Source of the DNA: a bacterium | GTDB lineage: Bacteria > JADJOY01 | Length of the DNA: 64,000 nucleotides | Assembly (NCBI GenBank): GCA_046331705.1 | Contig: JAXLQJ010000019.1 | Location: 1-64,000 of the forward strand | Reading direction: 5' to 3' | Part shown: positions 48,154 through 56,255 of the stretch, piece by piece | Layout of the letters: each line of letters begins with the position of its first letter | Numbering within the stretch: position 1 is the first letter of the stretch | The notes under the pieces: generated by a model | Database searches by the model: none | What the model was told of the DNA's origin: nothing | What the model saw: only the letters and a program-made list of their open reading frames with translations | Program-made: the position numbers and the translations under genes

Positions 48154-49206
48154 TCAAGTCGGGGAGTCGCTCGGGAAATCGGCGGATAACGCACGATTCC
48201 GCTCGTCCGTCGTCGATGGCACCGCACGGTGACGCTCGCGCCGCGTCTCCACCACCAGGCAGACCACCCCAGTGCTGGTGCGCACCAAGTAATACGTCAG
48301 GAAGATCGCCACCGCGTACGCCGCAGCGGCTGGCGCCATCGAGGTGCGAGCCGCCGCAGCGGCCATGAAGAAGACCATCGTCCCGACGTTGCCGGGGCCG
48401 CTCGGCAGCATGGCGCCGAGCCCCGAGCCGACCATGATGAAGGCCGTGTCCGCGACCGAGATCATCGCGTCCCCGAAGGCGCGGCTCAGCATGCGGTACG
48501 AGGTGTTCACGAAGAAGAAATCGAGCAAGCAGAGCGCGACCACGATGGCGCCAGTGCCGCCGCGCAGCGAGCGCAGGCCGTCGAGGGCGCCGAAGATGCC
48601 GTCGGAAAATCGTCCGAGCGGCCCGCGCAGGCGATCCGGCATCCGCGCCACCAGCCGCGTGACCAGCGAGCGCACGCGGGTCGGGAACGCCACCACGACG
48701 GCGATGGTCGCGGCGATCGCCACGGCAGCGATCCCGACGGCGCCGATGATGGCGGGGGTGCTGCTGACGTCGGCGGCGTCGAAGCGCGAGCCCGCGAACA
48801 CCACCAGCGCCAAGCTCATCACCATGAGCACGTCGAGCAGCCGTTCCACCGCGACGGTCACGCCGATGCCGCCGAACCCGAGCTCGGGCACCCACTTGCC
48901 CACCACCAGCATGCGCACCAGCTCGCCCGAGCGCGGCACCACGTTGTTGTAGAGGTAGCCGATCGAGAGCGCCGAGAAGAGCCGCGGCAACGCGGGCCGC
49001 GGCGGCGCGAAGAGAAAGCGCCAGCGCAGCGAGCGTCCCGCGAGATGGGCCAGATGAAACGCGCAGCCCGCCACGAACCAGCCGGCCTTGGAAGCCGGAA
49101 TCGCGCGCAACAGCGCCATCTGCTGATGCACGTCGGTGTGGCGCGCGGTCGCGACCAGGAATACCGCGCCGATGGCGAGCCCCGCCCAGAAGAGCTTCCA
49201 GCTCAC
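48154..49206 (-). CDS. Lysylphosphatidylglycerol synthase TM-region / flippase-like membrane protein (UPF0104)
   Basis: RSLRWRFL, IGYLYNNVVPRSGELVR, TVAVERLLD, LPSGPGNVG. Confidence 0.85.
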   Translation of the reverse strand: MSWKLFWAGLAIGAVFLVATARHTDVHQQMALLRAIPASKAGWFVAGCAFHLAHLAGRSLRWRFLFAPPRPALPRLFSALSIGYLYNNVVPRSGELVRMLVVGKWVPELGFGGIGVTVAVERLLDVLMVMSLALVVFAGSRFDAADVSSTPAIIGAVGIAAVAIAATIAVVVAFPTRVRSLVTRLVARMPDRLRGPLGRFSDGIFGALDGLRSLRGGTGAIVVALCLLDFFFVNTSYRMLSRAFGDAMISVADTAFIMVGSGLGAMLPSGPGNVGTMVFFMAAAAARTSMAPAAAAYAVAIFLTYYLVRTSTGVVCLVVETRRERHRAVPSTTDERNRALSADFPSDSPT

Positions 49207-49232
49207 GCGCCTCGAATCTCCATCGCGCGAGT

Positions 49233-49994
49233 CTACGCCACGGGGGGACGCTGCGGCGCAAGGGCGTCGTCGTCCCACAGCCATTCGCCGCGGGTGAGCA
49301 GCGTTCGCCACTCGGCACCGAGTGGAGCCTGGATCGTGAGCGACTGGCCGGTGATGGGGTGCGGCACCGTCAGGGCGAGGGCGTGGAGCCAGAGCCGCGT
49401 CACGCCGAGCCACGCCGCCACGGCGCGGTTGTGCTCACCGCGGCCGTGGGTGGTGTCGCCGATCAGGGGATGAGCGATGTGGTGGCAGTGGCGGCGGATC
49501 TGCTGGCGGCGCCCCGTCCGAGGATGGACCTCGATGAGCGCGTAGCGTGAGGTCGGATGGCGCGGGTCGACGGCGAACGGCCATTCGACGCGCGCCAGGC
49601 GCCGCCACGAGGTCCGCGATTCGAGGAGCGGCTGCCCGGCCGATGCACGCTCGGGGTCGCGGGCGAGGGGATGGTCGATCACCCCGCGTTGCTCCGGCCA
49701 CCCGCGCACCAAGGCGACGTAACGCTTCGCGACGCTGGCGTCCTCGAAGGCCCGGGCGAGCGCCTGCGCCGCCGTCGGGGTCCTGCCGAAGACCAGCACC
49801 CCCGAGGTCGCGCGGTCGAGGCGGTGAACCGGAAACACGAACGCGCCGAGCTGCGCGCGCACGCGGCTCAAGGCACTTTCCTCCGTCCCCGCCGCCAGCC
49901 GGGTCCGATGCACGAGCAACCCGGCGGGCTTGTCGATGGCGACGATTGCCTCGTCCGCGTGAAGGATCGTGAGCGGGGTTTCTTCGGAGGGCAC
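49233..49994 (-). CDS. truC: RluA-family pseudouridine synthase, TruC-like
   Basis: IDKPAGLLVH, PVHRLDRATSGV, KRYVALVRG, SRYALIE, TGRRQQIRRH, HPLIGDTTHG, LWLHA. Confidence 0.85.
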   Translation of the reverse strand: MPSEETPLTILHADEAIVAIDKPAGLLVHRTRLAAGTEESALSRVRAQLGAFVFPVHRLDRATSGVLVFGRTPTAAQALARAFEDASVAKRYVALVRGWPEQRGVIDHPLARDPERASAGQPLLESRTSWRRLARVEWPFAVDPRHPTSRYALIEVHPRTGRRQQIRRHCHHIAHPLIGDTTHGRGEHNRAVAAWLGVTRLWLHALALTVPHPITGQSLTIQAPLGAEWRTLLTRGEWLWDDDALAPQRPPVA

Positions 49995-50155
49995 GGTCGA
50001 CAGCGAATCATGCGTGATCCGGTGTGGCGCGTCGCCCGCTCGGTACGCACGGCGATTACCTTGAACGGATCGCGACCGGTCGCGCGACATCCCGTGCGTC
50101 GCGCGCCGGCGGATGAGCGAGAGGGGGTGTGTGCACGGGCCGAGAGGAGACCGCC

Positions 50156-51076
50156 ATGCAAGTCCGATCCCGTGTGAGTGACGCGACGGTTGCGATTCGG
50201 AGAGGCCTCTCGATCGTCGGAGCGCTGCTCGCGTTGGGGGTGACGTTCGCCGCACAGGGCTGCGGATCCTCGGGGAGCGGTGGATCTCGGCACGTTGGCT
50301 CCTCCGTGCGCCTCGAAGGCCGCGTGGTCGATGGTTCGGGAAGCCTGGCCGCGCTGTCGGGCGTGCGCGCCGACGCGAGCGTGGTCGGCGTCACCGTCAC
50401 GGCGACCCAGGACGGCGTCACCGTCGATTCCACGGAGACCGGGGTCGAGGGCACCTTTCAGCTCGCCGTCATGCCCGGGCTCGTCACGTTGCGCTTCATG
50501 GCGCAGGGCGTGGACGTGTCCAACGGTTTGACCGTCCCGGAGGGGGCGTCGTTCGCCATCACCGTCACGCTCACTCCCAACGCGGCCACGGTCGACGACG
50601 CGGTGCTCACGCGCAGCGCGCTCGCGTGCGAGAGCGGCGAGCTCGGCCTCGATCTCGGCGCGACCACGTCGCTGGTGATCGACGGCGACGGTCAGGCTTG
50701 CGTGCGCACCGTGGGGAACTGCGCGGTCAGCGTGCGCGCGCGGGAGCTCACGCTCAAGGATTGCGGGAATTGTGTCGATGCTCAGGGGACGTCCGACGTG
50801 AGCCTGGTCTCCGTCGACGGCGACCTGAGCTGTGAGTCCTCGGGCAATGGAATCGACGCCGGTGGCACGCCGAACGTGCACCTTTCGAGCGCCGGCGAGC
50901 TCACGATCGAGGCTGGTGGCGATCACGCCATCGCGGCCACTGGAAACGCGACCGTCGCCATCGAGAGCCCGGTGTCGTGCCTCGTTCACGGCAGGGACGG
51001 CGCGATCCACGCGCAGGGAGGCGCGACCGTCACCACCGACGGTTGCGTCGTGCTGGATAGCGGCGACTCGGGCTGA
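50156..51076 (+). CDS. Hypothetical lipoprotein with Ig-like N-domain and beta-solenoid-like repeats
   Basis: AQGC lipobox; ~23-aa repeats (VDAQGTSDVSL, IDAGGTPNVHL, IAATGNATVAI, IHAQGGATVT); GAGGAG RBS. Confidence 0.72.
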   Translation: MQVRSRVSDATVAIRRGLSIVGALLALGVTFAAQGCGSSGSGGSRHVGSSVRLEGRVVDGSGSLAALSGVRADASVVGVTVTATQDGVTVDSTETGVEGTFQLAVMPGLVTLRFMAQGVDVSNGLTVPEGASFAITVTLTPNAATVDDAVLTRSALACESGELGLDLGATTSLVIDGDGQACVRTVGNCAVSVRARELTLKDCGNCVDAQGTSDVSLVSVDGDLSCESSGNGIDAGGTPNVHLSSAGELTIEAGGDHAIAATGNATVAIESPVSCLVHGRDGAIHAQGGATVTTDGCVVLDSGDSG

Positions 51077-51264
51077 GTGCCCACGATCGCCGTGGGTGGC
51101 GCGGGACGCCGGCGGCGCGACCTCGACCTCGCGCGCCGAGCAGCGTCGCGCGATGGTCATCGCGTTTGACCGTGCGCTCCGCCTCTTGGGACACTCGTGA
51201 GATGCAGCTCGCGGGGATGCCGATCGCCTCTCGATCCGGCAGCCCCGCCCGGGAGATCGGGATC

Positions 51265-52863
51265 GTGAACACTCGTCGCGCTCGTCGTTGGACCTCACTC
51301 CTCACGCTGTCCCTCGTCGCGGGCCTGGGCGGACTGGGTGCCCAATGTCCACCTTCGACGTGGCGGAGCACCCTCTATCCCAGCAACTGGACGCCGGGGT
51401 ACGCGGACTCGCAAGGCCGCTTCCTTCACGACTTCTCGTATGCCGGCTATCGCAACGGCGCGTCCGAGCCGCCCACGAATCCTCCCGGCGCCACCTTCGA
51501 CGTGGTCGCCGGTTACGGCGCCGATCCGACGGGCACCACGGACTCGACGGCGGCGATCCAGCAGGCGATCGACGCCGCCGAGGCCGCAGCGGGCGGAATC
51601 GTTCTCGTGCCGGCAGGCACGTATCGGTGTGACGGCGTGCTCGAGGTCGCGGCGTCGAACGTGGTGATCCGCGGCGCCGGCGAGAGCGCCACCAAGATCT
51701 ACTTCACGCGCTTCGCCGGCATGGGCGATCACGGCCACGTCTGGATCCACGGCGCCGTGAGCCGCGGCGCCGATCACGCGCTGGTGGTCGACGGCGTGAA
51801 CGGGGCGATGGACGTGCAGGTGGCGGACGTGAGCGGCTTGTCCGTCGGCGACGACGTGAGCCTCGGCTGGGTGATCACGCCCGAGTTCGTGGCCGAGCAC
51901 AACATGACGGGCACCTGGCAGGCGTTCAACGGCCAGTGGGAGTCGTTCTTCAAGCGAAAGATCGTCGCGATCACGCCCGTGTCCGGCGCCTGGAAGCTCA
52001 CCTTCGACGTGCCCCTGCGTTACCCGGCCAAGCTGCGCGACTCGGCCAGCGTGCGCCGCGAGACGGGCTGGGTCTCGGAGGTCGGCATCGAGAGCCTGTC
52101 GCTCTCGAACGCGGTGGCGTGGCCCGACGCGTGGACCGAGGTCCGGAACCACGTGCTGTTGCTCGAGGACGTCAAGGATGCCTGGGTGCGCCACGTGGCG
52201 AGCTTCGCGAGCCCGTACCCGCCCGCCGCCGGCTACCACCTCCAAAACGGCGGGCTCGACGTGCTCGAGTCGAAGCGCGTGACCGTCACCGACACCACCC
52301 TCGAGAAGGCCCAGAACCGCGGCGACGGCGGCAGCGGCTACCTCTTCGAGATCTCGATGTCGAACGAGGTGCTCACCCGCGACAGCGTCGCCCGCGACGG
52401 CCGTCACAACTTCATCCAGAACTGGGGCTTCGGCACCACGGGCTGCGTGTGGCTCCGCGTCAGCTCCACGGGCAGCAAGTGCGGGTTGAGCCCGGATCTC
52501 AACATCTACACGCCGTGCTACTCGGAGTTCCATCACTCGTTGGCCACCGCCAACCTCATCGACTCCTCGACGCTCAACGACGGCTGGAAGGCGGAGAACC
52601 GGGGGCTCGAGAGCACCGGCGCCGGCATCACCGCCACCCAGACCGCGTTCTGGAACGTGTCGGGAAGCGGTCTCGTCCAGTCGATGCAGTACGGCTGGGG
52701 CTACGTGATCGGAACCCAGGGCGTGGGCGTGAACACGTCGCTGTCGCTCGGCAACGCCGCCGGCACCGCGCCGCAGGACTTGGTCGAGGGCCAGAACCAG
52801 GGCGCCACCCTCGAGCCCCAGTCGCTCTATCTGGATCAACGCGCCCGCCGCCTGGGGTTCTGA
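51265..52863 (+). CDS. Secreted pectate-lyase-like beta-helix glycoside hydrolase (GH55/Pectate_lyase_3-like)
   Basis: Signal peptide; DFSYAGY, YGADPTGTTDSTAAIQQAIDA, GGIVLVPAGTY, VVIRGAG, C-terminal PQSLY..Q..RRL. Confidence 0.8.
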   Translation: MNTRRARRWTSLLTLSLVAGLGGLGAQCPPSTWRSTLYPSNWTPGYADSQGRFLHDFSYAGYRNGASEPPTNPPGATFDVVAGYGADPTGTTDSTAAIQQAIDAAEAAAGGIVLVPAGTYRCDGVLEVAASNVVIRGAGESATKIYFTRFAGMGDHGHVWIHGAVSRGADHALVVDGVNGAMDVQVADVSGLSVGDDVSLGWVITPEFVAEHNMTGTWQAFNGQWESFFKRKIVAITPVSGAWKLTFDVPLRYPAKLRDSASVRRETGWVSEVGIESLSLSNAVAWPDAWTEVRNHVLLLEDVKDAWVRHVASFASPYPPAAGYHLQNGGLDVLESKRVTVTDTTLEKAQNRGDGGSGYLFEISMSNEVLTRDSVARDGRHNFIQNWGFGTTGCVWLRVSSTGSKCGLSPDLNIYTPCYSEFHHSLATANLIDSSTLNDGWKAENRGLESTGAGITATQTAFWNVSGSGLVQSMQYGWGYVIGTQGVGVNTSLSLGNAAGTAPQDLVEGQNQGATLEPQSLYLDQRARRLGF

Positions 52864-53029
52864 GACCGATCCACGTCCGCGCTCGCGCGCTGGCACGCGG
52901 AGAGACGCGAGCAGCGGGTCTTCACGCGGTGCTCCTCGCGGCGCGGTGGCGCGAGCCGCCGCGCGTCCCGCCGCGTCCGTCCTACGGCGCTCGCGATGCG
53001 TCGAGCGGCGCCGTGGCCGATTCGGAAGG
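52298..53029 (+). repeat. Direct repeat copy 1 (~730 bp; 3' part of the beta-helix gene, intergenic DNA and tail of the desaturase gene)
   Basis: Matches 54263-54986 from CCCTCGAGAAGGCCCAGAACCGCG to GGCCGATTCGGAAGG. Confidence 0.95.
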
Positions 53030-53059
53030 CCGCGGTTCCGGCGTCGTGACGGCGGCCGT

Positions 53060-53232
53060 CTGACGTCCGATCCTTGCGACGCATCGCTCGCTTTCGCTTG
53101 TACTTCCTTCTCTCGCCGCTCCAACTCGGCCTTCGAACCGCAATGACGCGCCCTCAATAACCCCTCGAACCGCTCAGCCGGAGTGCGCCCGTCATCGGGC
53201 TCGGCTGCGGCTTCTTCGCTTTCCTCCTCCAC
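53060..53232 (-). pseudogene. Small passenger ORF fragment downstream of the transposase
   Basis: GGAGG RBS and GTG; EEESEEAAAEPDDGRTPAERFEGLLR...KAELERREK; degenerates at the junction near 53060. Confidence 0.4.
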
Positions 53233-53244
53233 TCTTTCCTCCGT

Positions 53245-54213
53245 TCAGGCGGGACTGGCCTCCACCTGGGCCTTGCCGGTGAGCTGCTTGTAGGTGAGTC
53301 GCTTGTCCGCGATCGAGCCCGCGACCATGAGGAACCGAGCGCCGTCCTTGCCCTTTCGGGTGTTGAATCGGAACGACTGCTCAAGGTCGAGGTAACGGAA
53401 CAAGTGGAACGGCTCGACGCTCACGTAGGTTCCTGATGGATCGCTTGAGCAGCGACCAGAAGTTCTCCATCCCGTTCGTGTGGACCACACTTCTTGACGT
53501 AGCACTCGGCATGGTCAACCACCTTGTGCGTGTACTCGTCGCCGAGCGCATCGTACGACGCGTGAGCGTCGGTGTAGACCGCGGCGCCCCTTCGTGACGT
53601 GCTCGCGCACGACCGGATCGAGCACCTTGCGCTTGGTGTTCGGCACGAGCTTGGTGCGGACGCGCGAGTGGCCATCCGGTCCGTGACGTTCCAGGAGGCC
53701 CATGACGGCCGCCTTGCCGCCGCTCATGCTGCCAGTGCCCCGGATGCCGCGCTCGCGCTTCTTGGCGGCATGCATGAAGCGCGCACGGCCACCGATGAAG
53801 GTCTCATCGACCTCGACCTCGCCACCCATCGGTCCCATACCGCCCGACTGCATCGCGAGTCGGATTCGGTGGTTCATGAACCACGCGGTCTTTTGGGTGA
53901 CGCCGAGGTCGCGGGCCATCTCGTAGGACGAGATCCCGTTCTTGTGCTGGCGACCATCCAGCGAGCCACTTGTCGAGGCTGATCGGCGAGTCCTCGAAAA
54001 TCGCCGACCTTCACCGAGAACTGCCGCTTGGGGTGGTTCGTGCGGCACTTCCATCGGCGCTGGTTCGCGAGGAACGTGACCTCCGTCGAGCCGCATTCGG
54101 GGCAGGTGGACGGTTCTGCCAGCGCATCGCCACCACCGTGGCAAGGCACACGTCCGGTCGGAATAGAGGCGGATCGCTTCGACGAGGGTCTTCGGTGCGT
54201 CTGCGTTCTTCAT
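53245..54213 (-). pseudogene. IS1595 (ISXO2-like DDE) transposase with multiple frameshifts
   Basis: Motifs spread over different frames: CPECGS..RWKC..KRQFSV (Zn ribbon), KNGISSYEMARDLGVTQKTAWFM, VEVDETFIGG, VYTD, HTNGMENFWSLLKR, GTYVSVEPFHLFRY, RLTYKQL. Confidence 0.92.
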
Positions 54214-54262
54214 GATGAACGCATCGCGGCCCGGCGGGGCCGGTTAGTCAAGTATATTGCTG

Positions 54263-54986
54263 CCCTCGAGAAGGCCCAGAACCGCGACGCGGCTACCTCT
54301 TCGAGATCTCGATGTCGAACAGGGAAATACCCGCGACAGCGTCGCTCGCGACGGCCGTCACAACTTCATCCAGAACTGGGGCTTCGGCACCACGGGCTGC
54401 GTGTGGCCCCGCGTCAGTTCCACGGGCAGTAAGTGCGGGTTGAGCCCGGATTCAACATCTACACGCCGTGCTACTCGGAGTTCCATCACTCAAGCTGGCC
54501 ACCGCCAACTCCATCGACTCCTCGACGCTCAACGACGGCTGGAAGGCGGAGAACCGGGGGCTCGAGAGCACCGGCGCCGGCATCACCGCCACCCAGACCG
54601 CGTTCTGGAACGTGTCGGGAAGCGGTCTCGTCCAGTCGATGCAGTACGGCTGGGGCTACGTGATCGGAACCCAGGGCGTGGGCGTGAACACGTCGCTGTC
54701 GCTCGGCAATGCCGCCGGCACCGCGCCGCAGGACTTGGTCGAGGGCCAGAACCAGGGCGCCACTCCCCGAGCCCCAGTCGCTCTATCTTGACCACCGCGC
54801 CTCGCCGCCTGGGGTTCTGAGACCGATCCACGTCCGCGCTCGCGCGCTGGCACGCGGAGAGACGCGAGCGGCGGGTCTTCACGCGGTGCTCCTCGCGGCG
54901 CGGTGGCGCGAGCCGCCGCGCGTCCCGCCGCGTCCGTCCTACGACGCTCGCGATGCGTCGAGCGGCGCCGTGGCCGATTCGGAAGG
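54263..54986 (+). repeat. Direct repeat copy 2: degraded 3' fragment of the beta-helix gene
   Basis: Same sequence as 52298-53029 but with several indels (e.g. AACCGCGACGCGGCTAC versus AACCGCGGCGACGGCGGCAGCGGCTAC), splitting it over three frames. Confidence 0.95.
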
Positions 54987-56039
54987 TCGCTCGTCCGGCG
55001 CCGCGACGGCCGCCACGGCCGGCGTGCGCGCACCGATGGCGAGGTCGCGCCACGCGCGCAGCGGGTAGAGCAGCTGCTCGCGGAAGGTCGCCGGCAGCTC
55101 ACGAAGCGAGCGGTCTTGCTCGTGGACGAAGCGCCGGTCCTCGATGCCGGTCACGGGGTACTCGGTGCAGTCGAGATACGCCGTGCCGAAGAGCCGATCC
55201 CAGATGCAAAAGGTGGTGCCGAAGTTCTTGTCGCGGTGGCGCGCTTCCACCGAGTGGTGGACGCGATGGCTCTGCGGCGTGACCAGCACGAATCGAAGCC
55301 AGCCGAGATGGGTGCGGATGTTCGCGTGGTAGAAGCGCGTGAACGAGCTGCGCACCAGCGGATAGGCCGCCGTGAGCGAGAGCGGTGCGCCGAACAACAC
55401 CAGCGTGAGCAGGTGGAAGGTTTCCTTCACGATCTGCTCGAGCGGGTGATTGCGGAGGTCGGAGAGCAGATTCAGCTCGCGCTGCGAGTGGTGCACCGCG
55501 TGCAGCGACCAGAGCGCCGGCACCTTGTGGCGCAACCAGTGATTGCCCCAGCCGACGAAGTCGTCGAGGAGCACCGCCACGGCGAATCGCACGCCTGCGG
55601 GCCACGCGGCGGCGCTGTCGATCATCAGAAACGAAAGATGCGCCTTCGCGAAGCTCCGGAGCGCCGCGACGTAAGCCGTCAGGAAGACGATCTTCCACGC
55701 GGTGGCGATCGCCGCCCAGCCGAGATCCTGGAGCAGCCCGCGCGACGCGAGGCGCTGGCGCGGATCGGCGGGGATCCACCACTCGAGCAGGAACACCAGC
55801 GCGAACCCCAGGTAGCCGAGCGGGTTGAGCGTCACCCACGGCAGCCGCCGGAGCTCGAGCCCGTCGAGCACGGCCCGCCAGTCGCTCGGCAGCAACGGCA
55901 CGATCGCCGTCCAGAAGAGCAGCGTCGCCCCGAGCGCGGCGAGCGATCCGACCAGGAGCAGCGAGGAGAGGTCGAGCCTCGCGCTCAGCATCCGGAGCGC
56001 GGCGAACGAGCGAGGCAACGCGAGAGCGGAGGTCTTCAT
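54939..56039 (-). CDS. Sterol desaturase / fatty-acid hydroxylase family protein
   Basis: His boxes HWLRH, HAVHHS, RNHPLE, FYHANI, TPQSHRVHHS, NFG...WDRLFGT. Confidence 0.9.
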   Translation of the reverse strand: MKTSALALPRSFAALRMLSARLDLSSLLLVGSLAALGATLLFWTAIVPLLPSDWRAVLDGLELRRLPWVTLNPLGYLGFALVFLLEWWIPADPRQRLASRGLLQDLGWAAIATAWKIVFLTAYVAALRSFAKAHLSFLMIDSAAAWPAGVRFAVAVLLDDFVGWGNHWLRHKVPALWSLHAVHHSQRELNLLSDLRNHPLEQIVKETFHLLTLVLFGAPLSLTAAYPLVRSSFTRFYHANIRTHLGWLRFVLVTPQSHRVHHSVEARHRDKNFGTTFCIWDRLFGTAYLDCTEYPVTGIEDRRFVHEQDRSLRELPATFREQLLYPLRAWRDLAIGARTPAVAAVAAPDERPSESATAPLDASRAS

Positions 56040-56255
56040 GTCGAGCGCCTCGGCTGGACGGTGGGCCCCTCGGGATCGCGGCGCCGGCCGAGTATTGCTC
56101 GATCTCGGCCGGATTGGTGACCGCGTGGAGCGCGCCATCGCGAGCGCCATCGCGAGCGAACGTGCATGCGCGAGAGCCGTGGTAGCGTTTCGCCGCGCCC
56201 GCGGGCGCGAATCGCGGCAAGCCGGTGCTGGGCCGCGGGTAGCGGGGAGGCGCGG

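Larger units (their letters stand above)
53030..54264 (-). mobile_element. IS1595-family insertion sequence, truncated on one side
   Basis: Transposase remnants plus a putative terminal sequence GGCAGCAATATACTTGAC (minus strand, 54264-54247) about 50 nt upstream of the ATG; no matching inverted copy seen at the other end. Confidence 0.88.

Noticed and set aside
52298..54986. The 730-bp repeat as a target-site duplication or a DGR template/variable repeat pair
   Set aside because: Too long for a TSD. The differences are mostly indels rather than adenine-specific substitutions, and no reverse transcriptase is present.
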